From Candidatus Latescibacterota bacterium (lineage in GTDB: Bacteria; Latescibacterota; UBA2968; GCA-2709665), in the NCBI GenBank assembly GCA_965222075.1, contig OZ244937.1, forward strand, positions 3,840,001 to 3,904,000: 64,000 bases of DNA. The letters are read 5' to 3'. Both the position numbers and the translations under genes were made by a program. The notes below the pieces were generated by a model that was given only the letters and a program-made list of their open reading frames with translations, ran no database searches and had not been told where the DNA came from. Shown here piece by piece: positions 29,280 through 38,659 of this stretch; position 1 is the stretch's first letter; each line of letters starts with the position of its first letter.

Positions 29280-31712
29280 GTGAAACGGACAAGGCCCCGA
29301 AAGCGCCGAAGAAAATCCGATACGCGTCCCGATGCCCGTACAGAACGCACAGGAACGCTTCTGGACCGTAGCGCAGCTTATCTCGCATCTCCGTGGGCGC
29401 CCGTCTGCTTCTTCGCGGTCCTCAGCATCGTCTACTTCGCCGGGTTCGTCTTCACCGACAACCAGATCCTGGGCCTCGACCCGGGCACAGCCTTCCACAG
29501 GGGGCAGGAGCCCTTCCTCCAAAAAGTCGCAGAAGTAAAGCCACCCAACTGGAGGCGCTATATGGGCGGCAACCCCGAAACCAGCAGTTTGCGGTTCAAC
29601 TACTACTTCCCGCTGCATACAATCTACTTCTTCACCAGGCTTCACACCTACTTCGGCTGGCGCTATGTCATCGCCATGTTCTGCGCCGGCTATTTCACCT
29701 ACCTGTGCATGCGCGGGTTCGGCCTGCGCCCGCTCGTCGCACTCCTCTCAGGCGTCGCCTTTTCATCGGCGCCCACCTTTCTCAGTTTCTCCTACGCGGG
29801 GCACTTTGCCAAAATGTCGGTCATCGCCCTCTTTCCCCTCATGGTCTGGAGCCTCTACCGGGGCATGGAAACCCGGCGCATCATCTACTTTCTCCTCCTG
29901 GGCGGAAGCATCGGCATGTCCGTATACAGCCCCCAGATTCAGATGGTCTACTTCTCCCTGCTGGGCCTTGGCCTCATCTTCGCCGTCAAGCTCATCGTCA
30001 CCCACGTCCGGGAGCACAACCTCATCAAATCGCTCCACCGCAGCCTGCTGGCCGCCGGAGCAATCTGTCTGGGCCTGGCCATCGGCGCCGAAGGCATCTT
30101 CCCCCAGTGGTATAACAGCAGCACCCAGACCAAACGCGGCGCCTCCCGCGGCGCGGAAAGCGAAGCGGACAGCCGCCTGGCCTTTGCCACCTCCTGGTCC
30201 CTGCACCCGGAGGAAATCGCCTCTCTCGTCGTCCCGGAATTCGTCCACTTCGACGTCCGGCAGCGGAACTACTGGGGCCGGAACGCGTTCAAAGCCAATG
30301 CGGAATACTTCGGCATCGTCGTCCTCTTCTTCGCCGCCTTCGCCCTGAGTCGAATCCGGAAAGACCCCCTGGTGCCTCTCTTGCTCATCCCCTTCCTCTT
30401 TGCAGTCGCCTACAGCCTGGGCCCACACACGCCCGTACACCGGTTTTTCTACGACTATGTCCCCGGTGTACGCGCCCTTCGCGTTCCCGGCATGATCGCC
30501 TTTCTCTTCGCCTTTCCGGCCTGCGCACTGGCCGGCCTGGGGCTGGCTCGGGTGCTCTCTGCGGAAGCCCCCGCGCCCCGGCTCCTCGTCCGCCTCACAA
30601 TCGGCGCCGCCGTGGCGGTGATCTGCCTGCTTGCGCTGGCCGTGGCCACAAAACCCCTGCTCAGCCTCTGGAACAGCCTTTTCTGGCCGGACATCCCCCT
30701 CCGGAAAGCGCAAATCGCACAGACCAACCTGCCCAACCTCAGCCGGGGCGCCCTGATCGGCGCCCTGATCGTTGCGGTCTTATGCCTCCTGACCAGAAAA
30801 CGGCTGCAAGGCACCCTCTCTCCTGCCACATTTACCCTCCTGCTCATCCCCCTGATCCTCTTCGATACCTGGCGGATCAACAAACAGCATCTCAGATACG
30901 CGGACCCGCACCACTACCCCCCAACGGAGCAGATCAACGCCGGCGTCGTACGCTTTCTCAAACAGGACGAAAGCCTCTACCGCGTGTTCCCCCTCCCCGA
31001 CTTCCGCCGGGTCACCCTGGAAGGCATCGACATCGTCACGGGATTCTACGATTTTACCATCCGGCGTTACGATCGCATCACACAGCCCGACTGCCTGCAA
31101 CACTTCCCCATCCTCAACCTTCTGAACACCAAATATATCGTGTCCACAGACCCCCTCTCCATACAGGGCTTGCAGGCGGTGGGCCGCATCGAACGGCTCC
31201 ACATCTACAAAAATCCCAACGCCCTGCCCTGGTTCTACCTTGCCCCCGACTACATCGTTGAAACGGATAAAAACCGTATCCTGGAGCGCCTGAAAGATCC
31301 CGAATTCGATCCCGCCAAAACGGCCATCCTTGAAACCGAACCGACCGGCTTTACACCCGGCGGAGACAAAAGTGGGGACCGGATCGAACAGCTTACCTAC
31401 AACGAGCGCCAGGGGATTATCGAACTCCGGGTGCAATCCGGCGGCTCCCGCCTGCTCGTCGTCTCCGAGAACCACCACCCCTTCTGGCACGCCTACGTCG
31501 ATGGGGACGAGCGACCGCTTCTGCGGGCCAACTACGTCTGGAAGGCCGTTTTGGTGCCCGCCGGCGAACACCGGGTTGCATTCCGCTACCACGACCCCAT
31601 CACCGCAGCCTGCCGGTGGGTGACCCTCTCGGCGACCGGCCTCTTCCTGGTCGGCATTGCCGCCTGGTTCCGCTGGGGCCGAATCCGCAACAAACAGACC
31701 CCCGTTGCCTGA
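29280..31712 (+). CDS. YfhO-family polytopic membrane protein (GT-C-like)
   Basis: Many TM segments, LN.KY, N..ALP, LVVSE..HP.W.A.VDG..RANY..AV.VPAGEH.V.F.Y. Confidence 0.85.
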   Translation: MKRTRPRKRRRKSDTRPDARTERTGTLLDRSAAYLASPWAPVCFFAVLSIVYFAGFVFTDNQILGLDPGTAFHRGQEPFLQKVAEVKPPNWRRYMGGNPETSSLRFNYYFPLHTIYFFTRLHTYFGWRYVIAMFCAGYFTYLCMRGFGLRPLVALLSGVAFSSAPTFLSFSYAGHFAKMSVIALFPLMVWSLYRGMETRRIIYFLLLGGSIGMSVYSPQIQMVYFSLLGLGLIFAVKLIVTHVREHNLIKSLHRSLLAAGAICLGLAIGAEGIFPQWYNSSTQTKRGASRGAESEADSRLAFATSWSLHPEEIASLVVPEFVHFDVRQRNYWGRNAFKANAEYFGIVVLFFAAFALSRIRKDPLVPLLLIPFLFAVAYSLGPHTPVHRFFYDYVPGVRALRVPGMIAFLFAFPACALAGLGLARVLSAEAPAPRLLVRLTIGAAVAVICLLALAVATKPLLSLWNSLFWPDIPLRKAQIAQTNLPNLSRGALIGALIVAVLCLLTRKRLQGTLSPATFTLLLIPLILFDTWRINKQHLRYADPHHYPPTEQINAGVVRFLKQDESLYRVFPLPDFRRVTLEGIDIVTGFYDFTIRRYDRITQPDCLQHFPILNLLNTKYIVSTDPLSIQGLQAVGRIERLHIYKNPNALPWFYLAPDYIVETDKNRILERLKDPEFDPAKTAILETEPTGFTPGGDKSGDRIEQLTYNERQGIIELRVQSGGSRLLVVSENHHPFWHAYVDGDERPLLRANYVWKAVLVPAGEHRVAFRYHDPITAACRWVTLSATGLFLVGIAAWFRWGRIRNKQTPVA

Positions 31713-32000
31713 GAAGCCGTCTCAAAATTCCGTCCACGCCCGCTCACGCGTCTCGCCTCCCTCACCTTCGCTGCGGGGGGGAAGAGGCTTTTCCGCGCGG
31801 TTCCCTCCAGCACCATCGCCCAGCAACGCCCCAGAGGTCCGCAGGGCAGAAGCTTCCGTTTCCACCACTGGGGCTATTCGCGGAAAAGCAGCCCCCGCGG
31901 CGTCTGAGCGGCGCCCTTCTTTTTCGGCCTTTTTCTTGGGCGCGCAAGAAAAAGGCCTCGCCGAAGGCATGGGGAGGGGAAGGGCGGGGAGGGCTTTTCC
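31712..32000 (+). mobile_element. MITE-like element, copy 2 (longest); right boundary approximate
   Basis: Begins AGAAGCCGTCTCAAAA at the YfhO stop; shares blocks with 49749-49845 and 1924-1964; GGCCTTTTTCTTG/CAAGAAAAAGGCC hairpin. Confidence 0.65.
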
Positions 32001-32043
32001 GCACAGGTCCCCCCAGCATCCACCGACCCGATGCGGACACGGG

Positions 32044-32928
32044 CTATCTGCCCACAAAGGTTTCAGGCCATTTCGGCTCGTAATCGCTCTCGAAGAGCCA
32101 GTCGAAGTCCTCAGGCACGATGTGGGCGCGCTCGGCACGCAGCTTCCGGCGCAGCCGGGGAAAGAACGCCATCACCCCATCGCGCTGGTTCTTCGGCAGT
32201 CCGCACGACACGCCGGCGGCGGCCCACGATGTCCCCATCGCCTTGCGGGACACCGTGTCCTCATTCTGCCAGGCCGAGTGCAGTCCCGCGCTGCACAGGA
32301 TCAGGATCTGCCCCCGGCGTGCGACCGCGGCAACCGGCTCCTGCTCGACCCAGGGCATATCCCCCAGCGTCGGCACGTGCTCGGGGTAAGCCGGCGCGGT
32401 GTCCGGCGGATCCGGGCGCACCCCGTGCACGCGGGGCAGCTTCGCCTTGTGCTCCGGCATCAGAACCCGGCTCCAGTGTTCCATAATCGGGCGATGACTG
32501 CCCGGCAGGATGCGCATGGCCCCCCGATGCTCGGGCACGTCATTGAGCCAGAACCACAGCTCAGCGCGCATCCGGCGGGGCGTCGCCTGGAAATCCTCCC
32601 ACGTCGCCTGGATGTCGATGTGGCATCCGCTGGCCCATTGGTCCCGAAGGCTTGCGAAAGGGGCTTTGGCCGGTGCGCGCTCGTGGGGCGCCAGCCCCCA
32701 CCACAGGTGCACCGCATCGGCGCCCAGCAGCTTCCTGGCTACCTCCTCGAAGTAGGGATGCTGGACCACATCGACATAGTCCGGGTCTTCGTACGGAGGG
32801 CGGCCGCTCTCCTTCAACCGGTCCCACGCCGCTTCGGCCCGGTCCAGCTCCCCGGTGGTGAAGGGGCTGTCGATGGTGACCGCCCCCTCTTCCTCGTATT
32901 GTCTCAGTTCCGCATCGGTGAATGGCAT
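32044..32928 (-). CDS. Phytanoyl-CoA dioxygenase family (Fe/2OG) protein
   Basis: HID..H triad, W.WLNDV..GAMRILPGSH, LHSA. Confidence 0.8.
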   Translation of the reverse strand: MPFTDAELRQYEEEGAVTIDSPFTTGELDRAEAAWDRLKESGRPPYEDPDYVDVVQHPYFEEVARKLLGADAVHLWWGLAPHERAPAKAPFASLRDQWASGCHIDIQATWEDFQATPRRMRAELWFWLNDVPEHRGAMRILPGSHRPIMEHWSRVLMPEHKAKLPRVHGVRPDPPDTAPAYPEHVPTLGDMPWVEQEPVAAVARRGQILILCSAGLHSAWQNEDTVSRKAMGTSWAAAGVSCGLPKNQRDGVMAFFPRLRRKLRAERAHIVPEDFDWLFESDYEPKWPETFVGR

Positions 32929-32970
32929 GGGGATCTCCTTTATGTGAACAAGTAAACAAGGGAATGATAT

Positions 32971-33003
32971 ACCGTACTTGATAAGCAGTCCATCAAGTAC
33001 GGT
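32971..33003. terminator. Perfect 12-bp stem-loop at islet boundary
   Basis: ACCGTACTTGAT-N9-ATCAAGTACGGT. Confidence 0.45.
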
Positions 33004-33327
33004 CCGCCATACGGAACATGGCTAAAGCCAATTCCCCAGTATCTTCAGGCATCGGTTTCCTCTCCACTTTCTGCCACGCTTTCCCTTCGGCCTCAACCTT
33101 TTAACTGGGCGACCACGCTTGACCTTCTTCTTAGCCATGATAGCCTCTCCCTTTGTATAGACTCATAGAATGTTTTTTCGGGCATGAAGGTACTTTCTAA
33201 AGGTACATCTTGCCAAATGTACGAAATATATTATATTTGTTCACGATGAGTATAAAAGCGATTTTGGGATTGAAGCAAGTCCTTCAAAAAGAACTCATTT
33301 AGTTAGGATATTCGGTTTCCTGGCGGA

Positions 33328-33348
33328 GTTGTATACATTGTATACAAC
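33328..33348. promoter_or_regulatory. Perfect palindromic operator candidate upstream of hicB
   Basis: GTTGTATACA-T-TGTATACAAC. Confidence 0.6.
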
Positions 33349-33397
33349 CAGCAAGAGTGAGATGATCGAGTGTAGATACAGAGAGAGGAGGCGTGAG

Positions 33398-33607
33398 ATG
33401 GCAGAAAACACCAACCTTAACGATAATGTAAGGAATCTGATTGCGATAATCAGCAAAGAGGATAAGTGGTTCATCGCTGAATGTCCGCAAATTGGCACGG
33501 TCAGTCAAGGCAAATCAGAAGAGGACGCCCTGCGCAATCTGAAAGAAGCAACGGAGCTTTACCTTGATGAAGTAAATGCCAGAGTTGTGGAGTTTGCACT
33601 TGCCTAA
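33398..33607 (+). CDS. hicB: HicB-family antitoxin (short, no DNA-binding domain)
   Basis: FIAECP..G..SQG.S.E.AL.NL.EA.ELYL; GAGGAGG RBS. Confidence 0.88.
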   Translation: MAENTNLNDNVRNLIAIISKEDKWFIAECPQIGTVSQGKSEEDALRNLKEATELYLDEVNARVVEFALA

Positions 33608-33815
33608 GATTCCTTCTGGTATTTCTGGCCAAAATGTTGTATCCGCCTTTGTATATGTACGTCAAAAAGGGAGTCATATAGTACTTAAACGTCCTGGACC
33701 GCTCAAAACTGATTTGACGATTGTGCCAGACCATAGCGAACTGGCACGGGGGATGCTAGCGAGAATTTTGAAACAAGCGGATGTTGACTTGACAGATTTT
33801 TTGGATGCTCTTTAA
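33600..33815 (+). CDS. hicA: HicA-family toxin
   Basis: RQKGSH, VPDH.EL.RG.L..IL.QA; overlaps the hicB stop. Confidence 0.85.
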   Translation: MPKIPSGISGQNVVSAFVYVRQKGSHIVLKRPGPLKTDLTIVPDHSELARGMLARILKQADVDLTDFLDAL

Positions 33816-33940
33816 TCTACTCTTATGATGATCGTTCTATGTAACGGTCAATACACGTATTTCCATCGAATACCAAAGATATATTTTGCCCAAGAGGTCA
33901 CGCGCAAACCGTCGTAACCTCTTGTAACCTCTTTTTTTTG

Positions 33941-34017
33941 TGGTGGGCGATACTGGACTCGAACCAGTGGCCTCCTGCTTGTAAGGCAGGCGCTCTGACC
34001 AGCTGAGCTAACCGCCC
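33941..34017 (-). tRNA. tRNA-Val(TAC)
   Basis: GGGCGGTTAGCTCAGCTGG..CT-TAC-AA..GGTTCGAGTCC..CGCCCACCA. Confidence 0.97.
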
Positions 34018-34334
34018 ACATCCTCTCCGGGTTCTTCCGTGGACGCCTCTTTGCCGGAAGGTCCCCCCATCAACAGCGCAATCGGGATCAGCACGCAGTA
34101 GCCCAGCACCAGCAGAATCGGCGCTAAAGTCAAAGACAGGAACCCGTCCACCGGCGGCCGTGACAGACAGATGTAGCCGATCACAATCACCCCGATGGCG
34201 GCTGCGAACATCATCGCATTCCACCGGGTATACGGAAGACCGCGCGACTCCCGGTTCCCCCGGTCCTGCTGCCCCCGTCGCCCGGACCGCCGTCTCCGCG
34301 CACGGGATCTCGCCTCTCTGCGGGTAGCAGCCAT
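34008..34334 (-). CDS. Small 2-TM membrane protein (DUF3098-like)
   Basis: N..MF....VIVIGY..S....GFLSLTLAPILLVLGY..IP.A. Confidence 0.75.
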   Translation of the reverse strand: MAATRREARSRARRRRSGRRGQQDRGNRESRGLPYTRWNAMMFAAAIGVIVIGYICLSRPPVDGFLSLTLAPILLVLGYCVLIPIALLMGGPSGKEASTEEPGEDVGG

Positions 34335-34335
34335 C

Positions 34336-34758
34336 TTACGCCTCTGGGCTTACCGCTTCTTCTGCCTCTGCCGCTTCCTCGGCTTTTTTTACCACGTCCT
34401 CTTTTTTGACCGTCCTCTTCTCCGCAATGCGGGCCGCCTTGCCGCGTAGCTCACGCAGGTAGGTGATCCTCGCCCGCCGGACCTTACCGCGCCGGACAAC
34501 CTCAATCCCGGCAACGCGGGGCGAATGCAGCGGAAAGATCCGCTCAACACCCACCCCGCCCACCGCAATCTTCCGGACCGTAAACGTCTCGTGAATTCCG
34601 CTGCCCCTCCGCTGGATCACCACCCCTTCATAAATCTGGATGCGCTCCTTCTCACCCTCAATAACCCGAACACGCACCCGGACCGTATCCCCCGCTACAA
34701 ACTCGGAAACATCGGAGCGAACCTGGTCTGCGACCAACGACTTCAACAAAGCGTCCAT
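34336..34758 (-). CDS. rplS: 50S ribosomal protein L19
   Basis: GDTVRV, KERIQ.YEGVVI, TFTVRK..GVERIFP.HSP, GKVRRA..YLR. Confidence 0.97.
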   Translation of the reverse strand: MDALLKSLVADQVRSDVSEFVAGDTVRVRVRVIEGEKERIQIYEGVVIQRRGSGIHETFTVRKIAVGGVGVERIFPLHSPRVAGIEVVRRGKVRRARITYLRELRGKAARIAEKRTVKKEDVVKKAEEAAEAEEAVSPEA

Positions 34759-34848
34759 AATGACACACACTCCCTGAAAAACCGTGAAAGATCAAACCGC
34801 AAACGACCCCCGCTTCCGGACCTGGAGGATGAGGCGGAGTGGCACGTT

Positions 34849-35547
34849 TCACCTTTCACGTTTCACATCCTTATCCTCCAACAAATCCGGCCTCCGCTGC
34901 CGGGTGCGTTTAATCGCTTCCTCCCGCCGCCACTGTGCAATCAACCGGTGGTTCCCACCCAGCAGGACCCCGGGCACCGAAAGCCCCTCAAACACCGGCG
35001 GCCGGGTATACCAGGGACAATCCAGAAGGCCGTTCTGAAACGAATCCCCCAGGGCCGATTCCGCATCACCCACCGCGCCGGGAATCAGCCGCACAACCGT
35101 GTCGATCAGCACCAGGGCCGCAAGTTCGCCCCCGCTCAAAACATAGTCGCCAATCGAAATCTCGTGGGTCACATAACGCTCCCGGATGCGTTCGTCAATC
35201 CCCCGGTAGCGCCCGCACAAAAGCACCAGGTGCGCCTCCAGCGACAGCCGGTTCGCCATCGTCTGGTCCAGCCGCTTTCCCTCCGGGGTCAGGAAAATGA
35301 CCTTCCCGGGGGGCCGCTCCAACGCAATCCCCTTCAGCGCCCGGGCGATCGGCTCCGGCTTGAACACAATCCCGGCGCCCCCGCCGTAGGGCGTATCGTC
35401 CACCGTCCGGTGGAGATCGTCGGTATGGTCCCGCAGGTCGTGCGCGTGCACGTCCACCAGCCCTGCATCAACCGCACGCCCCGGGATGCCGTAGGAAAGC
35501 GCCTGCCGGATCAGATCGGGGAAAATCGTCAACACATCGATGCGCAT
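34849..35547 (-). CDS. trmD: tRNA (guanine-N1)-methyltransferase
   Basis: VDDTPYGGGAG, CGRY.G.DER, SIGDYVLSGGE, P.YTRP. Confidence 0.97.
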   Translation of the reverse strand: MRIDVLTIFPDLIRQALSYGIPGRAVDAGLVDVHAHDLRDHTDDLHRTVDDTPYGGGAGIVFKPEPIARALKGIALERPPGKVIFLTPEGKRLDQTMANRLSLEAHLVLLCGRYRGIDERIRERYVTHEISIGDYVLSGGELAALVLIDTVVRLIPGAVGDAESALGDSFQNGLLDCPWYTRPPVFEGLSVPGVLLGGNHRLIAQWRREEAIKRTRQRRPDLLEDKDVKRER

Positions 35548-35561
35548 TCCCCGGTGTCCCT

Positions 35562-36065
35562 TTATAAAAGCCCTTCAAGGTCTCGAACCACAACCCGCCC
35601 GCCCGCCAGGTCCACCCGGATCAACTCGCGCACAGCCGGCAGCAGGACCTCCTCCCCGTCCCGGTCCACCACGTAAACGTCATTGGCCGGAAACGAGAGC
35701 ACATCCACCACCTTCCCCACGGCCTCTCCCGCCTCCGTCTCCACCTTCAACCCCACCACCTCGAAAACGTAAAACGTATCTTCCGGCAGCGGGTAAACCG
35801 CTTCCCGGCGGACCAGAAGCACGCTCCCCTTCAAACGGGCAACCGCTTCGGGCGTCTCAATGCCCCCAAACTTGATCCCCAGCCGTTTTCCATAGGCCCG
35901 AACCGTCTGGATCCGAAGAGAGGTCCGGACGCCGCCCGGGCGTTCGAGCAGAACCTCCGTGAGACCCTCAAACCGCTCCGGATAATCCGTCAAAGGCAGG
36001 AGAAAAACCTCCCCCCGCACCCCCCTGGGCTTTTGGATCCGCCCAATGGCGACAAACGCCTCCAA
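35562..36065 (-). CDS. rimM: 16S rRNA processing protein RimM
   Basis: IGRI..PRGVRGEV, FY..E.VG..V, ANDVYVV, LLP; synteny with rpsP and trmD. Confidence 0.93.
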   Translation of the reverse strand: MEAFVAIGRIQKPRGVRGEVFLLPLTDYPERFEGLTEVLLERPGGVRTSLRIQTVRAYGKRLGIKFGGIETPEAVARLKGSVLLVRREAVYPLPEDTFYVFEVVGLKVETEAGEAVGKVVDVLSFPANDVYVVDRDGEEVLLPAVRELIRVDLAGGRVVVRDLEGLL

Positions 36066-36090
36066 ATCCGACGGTCCCTCAGACAGCTTC

Positions 36091-36408
36091 TCAGGCCTCG
36101 GCAGTCTCTTCCGCCCCTTCGACCACGTCAACGCCCCCGGAGCCGGGATGGCGCATCTCGTGCCACCGTTTGAGAATCCCCTGCTGCCTGAGCAGGCTCC
36201 GGGCCGTCCGGGTGGGCATGGCACCCCTGGAAAGCCAGTGCATCACACGGTCTTCCCGAAGCTTCACAACCTGCGGATGCTTCGAGGGATCGTAGTGCCC
36301 CAGGGTCTCAATGAACCGTCCGTCTCGGGGGGAAGCAACATCTGCAACAACCATCCGATAAAAAGGCGCACTCTTGGCCCCCAGGCGCCTCAAACGAATC
36401 TTGACCAA
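36091..36408 (-). CDS. rpsP: 30S ribosomal protein S16
   Basis: MVKIRLRR.G....PFYR.VVAD..SPRDGRFIE.LG.YDP. Confidence 0.97.
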   Translation of the reverse strand: MVKIRLRRLGAKSAPFYRMVVADVASPRDGRFIETLGHYDPSKHPQVVKLREDRVMHWLSRGAMPTRTARSLLRQQGILKRWHEMRHPGSGGVDVVEGAEETAEA

Positions 36409-36423
36409 ACCGACCTCCTAAGA

Positions 36424-37752
36424 TTATCCGAAAAAGGGCATCGGCATCCCGCGCCCGCCCGCCTCCATCCGGCCCATTCGCTTCATCGTCTTCTGCATCG
36501 AATTGAACTGCTTGACGAGCCGGTTCACATCCTGAACACTACACCCGCTGCCCCGGGCGATTCGCCGCCTGCGGCTCCCATCCAAAATCTGGGGATTTGC
36601 CCGTTCCGCCCGCGTCATCGAAAAGATAACCGCCTCGATGTGGACAAAGGCATCCTCGTCCACCTGAATTCCCTTCAGCGCCTTCCCCGTGCCCGGGATC
36701 ATCTCCAAAAGCTGGTCCAGAGGTCCCATCTTCCGGACCTGCGCGATCTGCTCTAAAAAGTCGTCAAACGTAAATGACGCGGTACGCAGCTTCTTCTGGA
36801 ACGCCCGGGCCTGCTCGACCTCCACCGTCTCCTGCGCCTTCTCCGCTAAGGTGACGATGTCTCCCATCCCCAGGATGCGGGACGCCATCCGATCGGGGTG
36901 AAACGGCTCCAGCCCGTCCAACTTCTCGCTCACCCCCACAAACTTGATCGGAACCCCCGTCACCTCGCGGATCGAAAGCGCAGCCCCGCCCCGCGTATCG
37001 CTGTCCAGCCGGGTAAGCACCACACCCGTAAAACGGACCTGCGCGTAGAAGGCCGACGCCGCAGAGACCGCGTCCTGCCCGGTCATCCCGTCGGCCACAA
37101 ACAGGACCTCCACCGGAGACACCGCCTCCCGAATCCGCACCGCCTCCCCCATCCGCTCCTCATCCACGTGCAGGCGCCCGGCCGTATCCAGGATCACCGG
37201 GTCCAGCCCCTCCAGTTGCGCCCGGTCCACCGCCCCGGTGCAAATATCCACCGGATCGGTCCCTTCGGGGGCGCGGTGCACCAATACCCCGATCGACTCG
37301 CCCAGCACACAGAGCTGCTCGACCGCAGCCGGGCGGTACATATCCGCAGCCACCAGCAGGGGGCGCCGCCCCTTCGATTTGACCAGGCGGGCCAGCTTGG
37401 CCGCCGTCGTCGTCTTCCCGGACCCCTGCAGCCCCACCAGCATCACCACATTGGGCGCAGGCCCCGGCAGGTCCAGACCCCGATGCTGGTCCCCCATCAG
37501 GTGGACCAGCTCATCGTGGACCACCTTGATCACCTGCTGCGCCGGCGTAATGCTCCGGAGCACCTCCCGGCCAATGGCCCGCTCCTTCACCCGCGCAACA
37601 AAAGACCTGGCCACCTTGTAGTTGACGTCGGCATCCAAAAGCACCCGGCGGACCTGCCGCAGCGCCTCTTCGATATTCGCCTCGGTCAACTTCCCGCGGC
37701 CGCGGAGCTTCTTGAAAACCCCTTCCAGCTTTTCGGTCAGACGATCGAACAT
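36424..37752 (-). CDS. ffh: Signal recognition particle protein
   Basis: GLQGSGKTT, DTAGR, DGMTGQ, FHPDRMASRILGMGD, Met-rich M domain. Confidence 0.97.
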   Translation of the reverse strand: MFDRLTEKLEGVFKKLRGRGKLTEANIEEALRQVRRVLLDADVNYKVARSFVARVKERAIGREVLRSITPAQQVIKVVHDELVHLMGDQHRGLDLPGPAPNVVMLVGLQGSGKTTTAAKLARLVKSKGRRPLLVAADMYRPAAVEQLCVLGESIGVLVHRAPEGTDPVDICTGAVDRAQLEGLDPVILDTAGRLHVDEERMGEAVRIREAVSPVEVLFVADGMTGQDAVSAASAFYAQVRFTGVVLTRLDSDTRGGAALSIREVTGVPIKFVGVSEKLDGLEPFHPDRMASRILGMGDIVTLAEKAQETVEVEQARAFQKKLRTASFTFDDFLEQIAQVRKMGPLDQLLEMIPGTGKALKGIQVDEDAFVHIEAVIFSMTRAERANPQILDGSRRRRIARGSGCSVQDVNRLVKQFNSMQKTMKRMGRMEAGGRGMPMPFFG

Positions 37753-37983
37753 CAAACGCCCCTACCGCACCGCGTGGTCAAAAAAAACAGGAGAATTTTA
37801 AATATACCAAATTCCGGACAATCCCGCAAAAACGCGAACAATGAAGGAAAATCCCTATTCTGTCGCCGCTTGCCTGGCGGTCAGACAGGCTGGATAGGCC
37901 GAAGCCTGTCCAAAGTTTGGTAAATATATAAGAATACTTAATTTTGTGCAAGCAGGAAATCCCCGATTCCCGGGTCTCCCCCT

Positions 37984-38652
37984 TTACCCTGTCCCCTCCG
38001 CCGCGCGCCTCAACGCCACCACGTTCTCTGTCACCCTCCCGTCCCGAAACGCCGAAGACCCGGCCACCAGCACCTCCACCCCGGCGGCCACCGCCTGCCC
38101 GGCGTTGTCCGTATTGATCCCCCCGTCAATCTCGATCTCCACCTCCACCCCCTGCCGCTCGATCTCCGCCTTTAGCGCCCCGACTCTAAGCAGGGACTCG
38201 GGCATAAAGGCCTGCCCCCCGAACCCCGGCTCCACGGACATCACCAGGGCCAGGTCCAGCGCAGGAAGCAGAGGGAAAAGGGCATCCACCGGCGTAGCCG
38301 GCTTCACCGACGCCCCGGCCTTCATCCCCGCCTTGCGTATCCGGCCGAGAAGATCGGGCAGATCCGCGTCAACCTCCACGTGTACGGTCAGGATATCCGC
38401 CCCGCTGTCAGCAAACGCCTGCAGGTATTTCCCCGGATGGGTGATCATCAAATGCACATCGAGCGTCAACTCGGTCACCCTTCGAACCGCCTCGACCACC
38501 ATCGGCCCAAACGTGAGGTTTGGCACAAAGTGGCCGTCCATCACATCCAGGTGGATATAGTCCACCCCGGCCGCTTCCACCACCTTTGCCTCGCGCGCTA
38601 AAGCGCTGAAATCCGCCGACAGAAACGAGGGCGCTATTTTGACCATAGGCAA
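37984..38652 (-). CDS. rpe: Ribulose-phosphate 3-epimerase
   Basis: IAPS.LSADF, HLDVMDGHFVPN, MSV.PGFGGQ, IDGG. Confidence 0.97.
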   Translation of the reverse strand: MPMVKIAPSFLSADFSALAREAKVVEAAGVDYIHLDVMDGHFVPNLTFGPMVVEAVRRVTELTLDVHLMITHPGKYLQAFADSGADILTVHVEVDADLPDLLGRIRKAGMKAGASVKPATPVDALFPLLPALDLALVMSVEPGFGGQAFMPESLLRVGALKAEIERQGVEVEIEIDGGINTDNAGQAVAAGVEVLVAGSSAFRDGRVTENVVALRRAAEGTG

Positions 38653-38659
38653 CTCATCC

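Noticed and set aside
34805-34845. CAGGTCCGGAAG on the minus strand resembling SRP RNA domain IV, near ffh
   Set aside because: The following GAAGCAGC and the long flanking stem are absent, and the spacer is too short; it may be an rplS leader.
37882-37910. GACAGGCT/AGCCTGTC hairpin between rpe and ffh as an ncRNA
   Set aside because: A single short stem with no family motif; most simply a terminator or repeat fragment.
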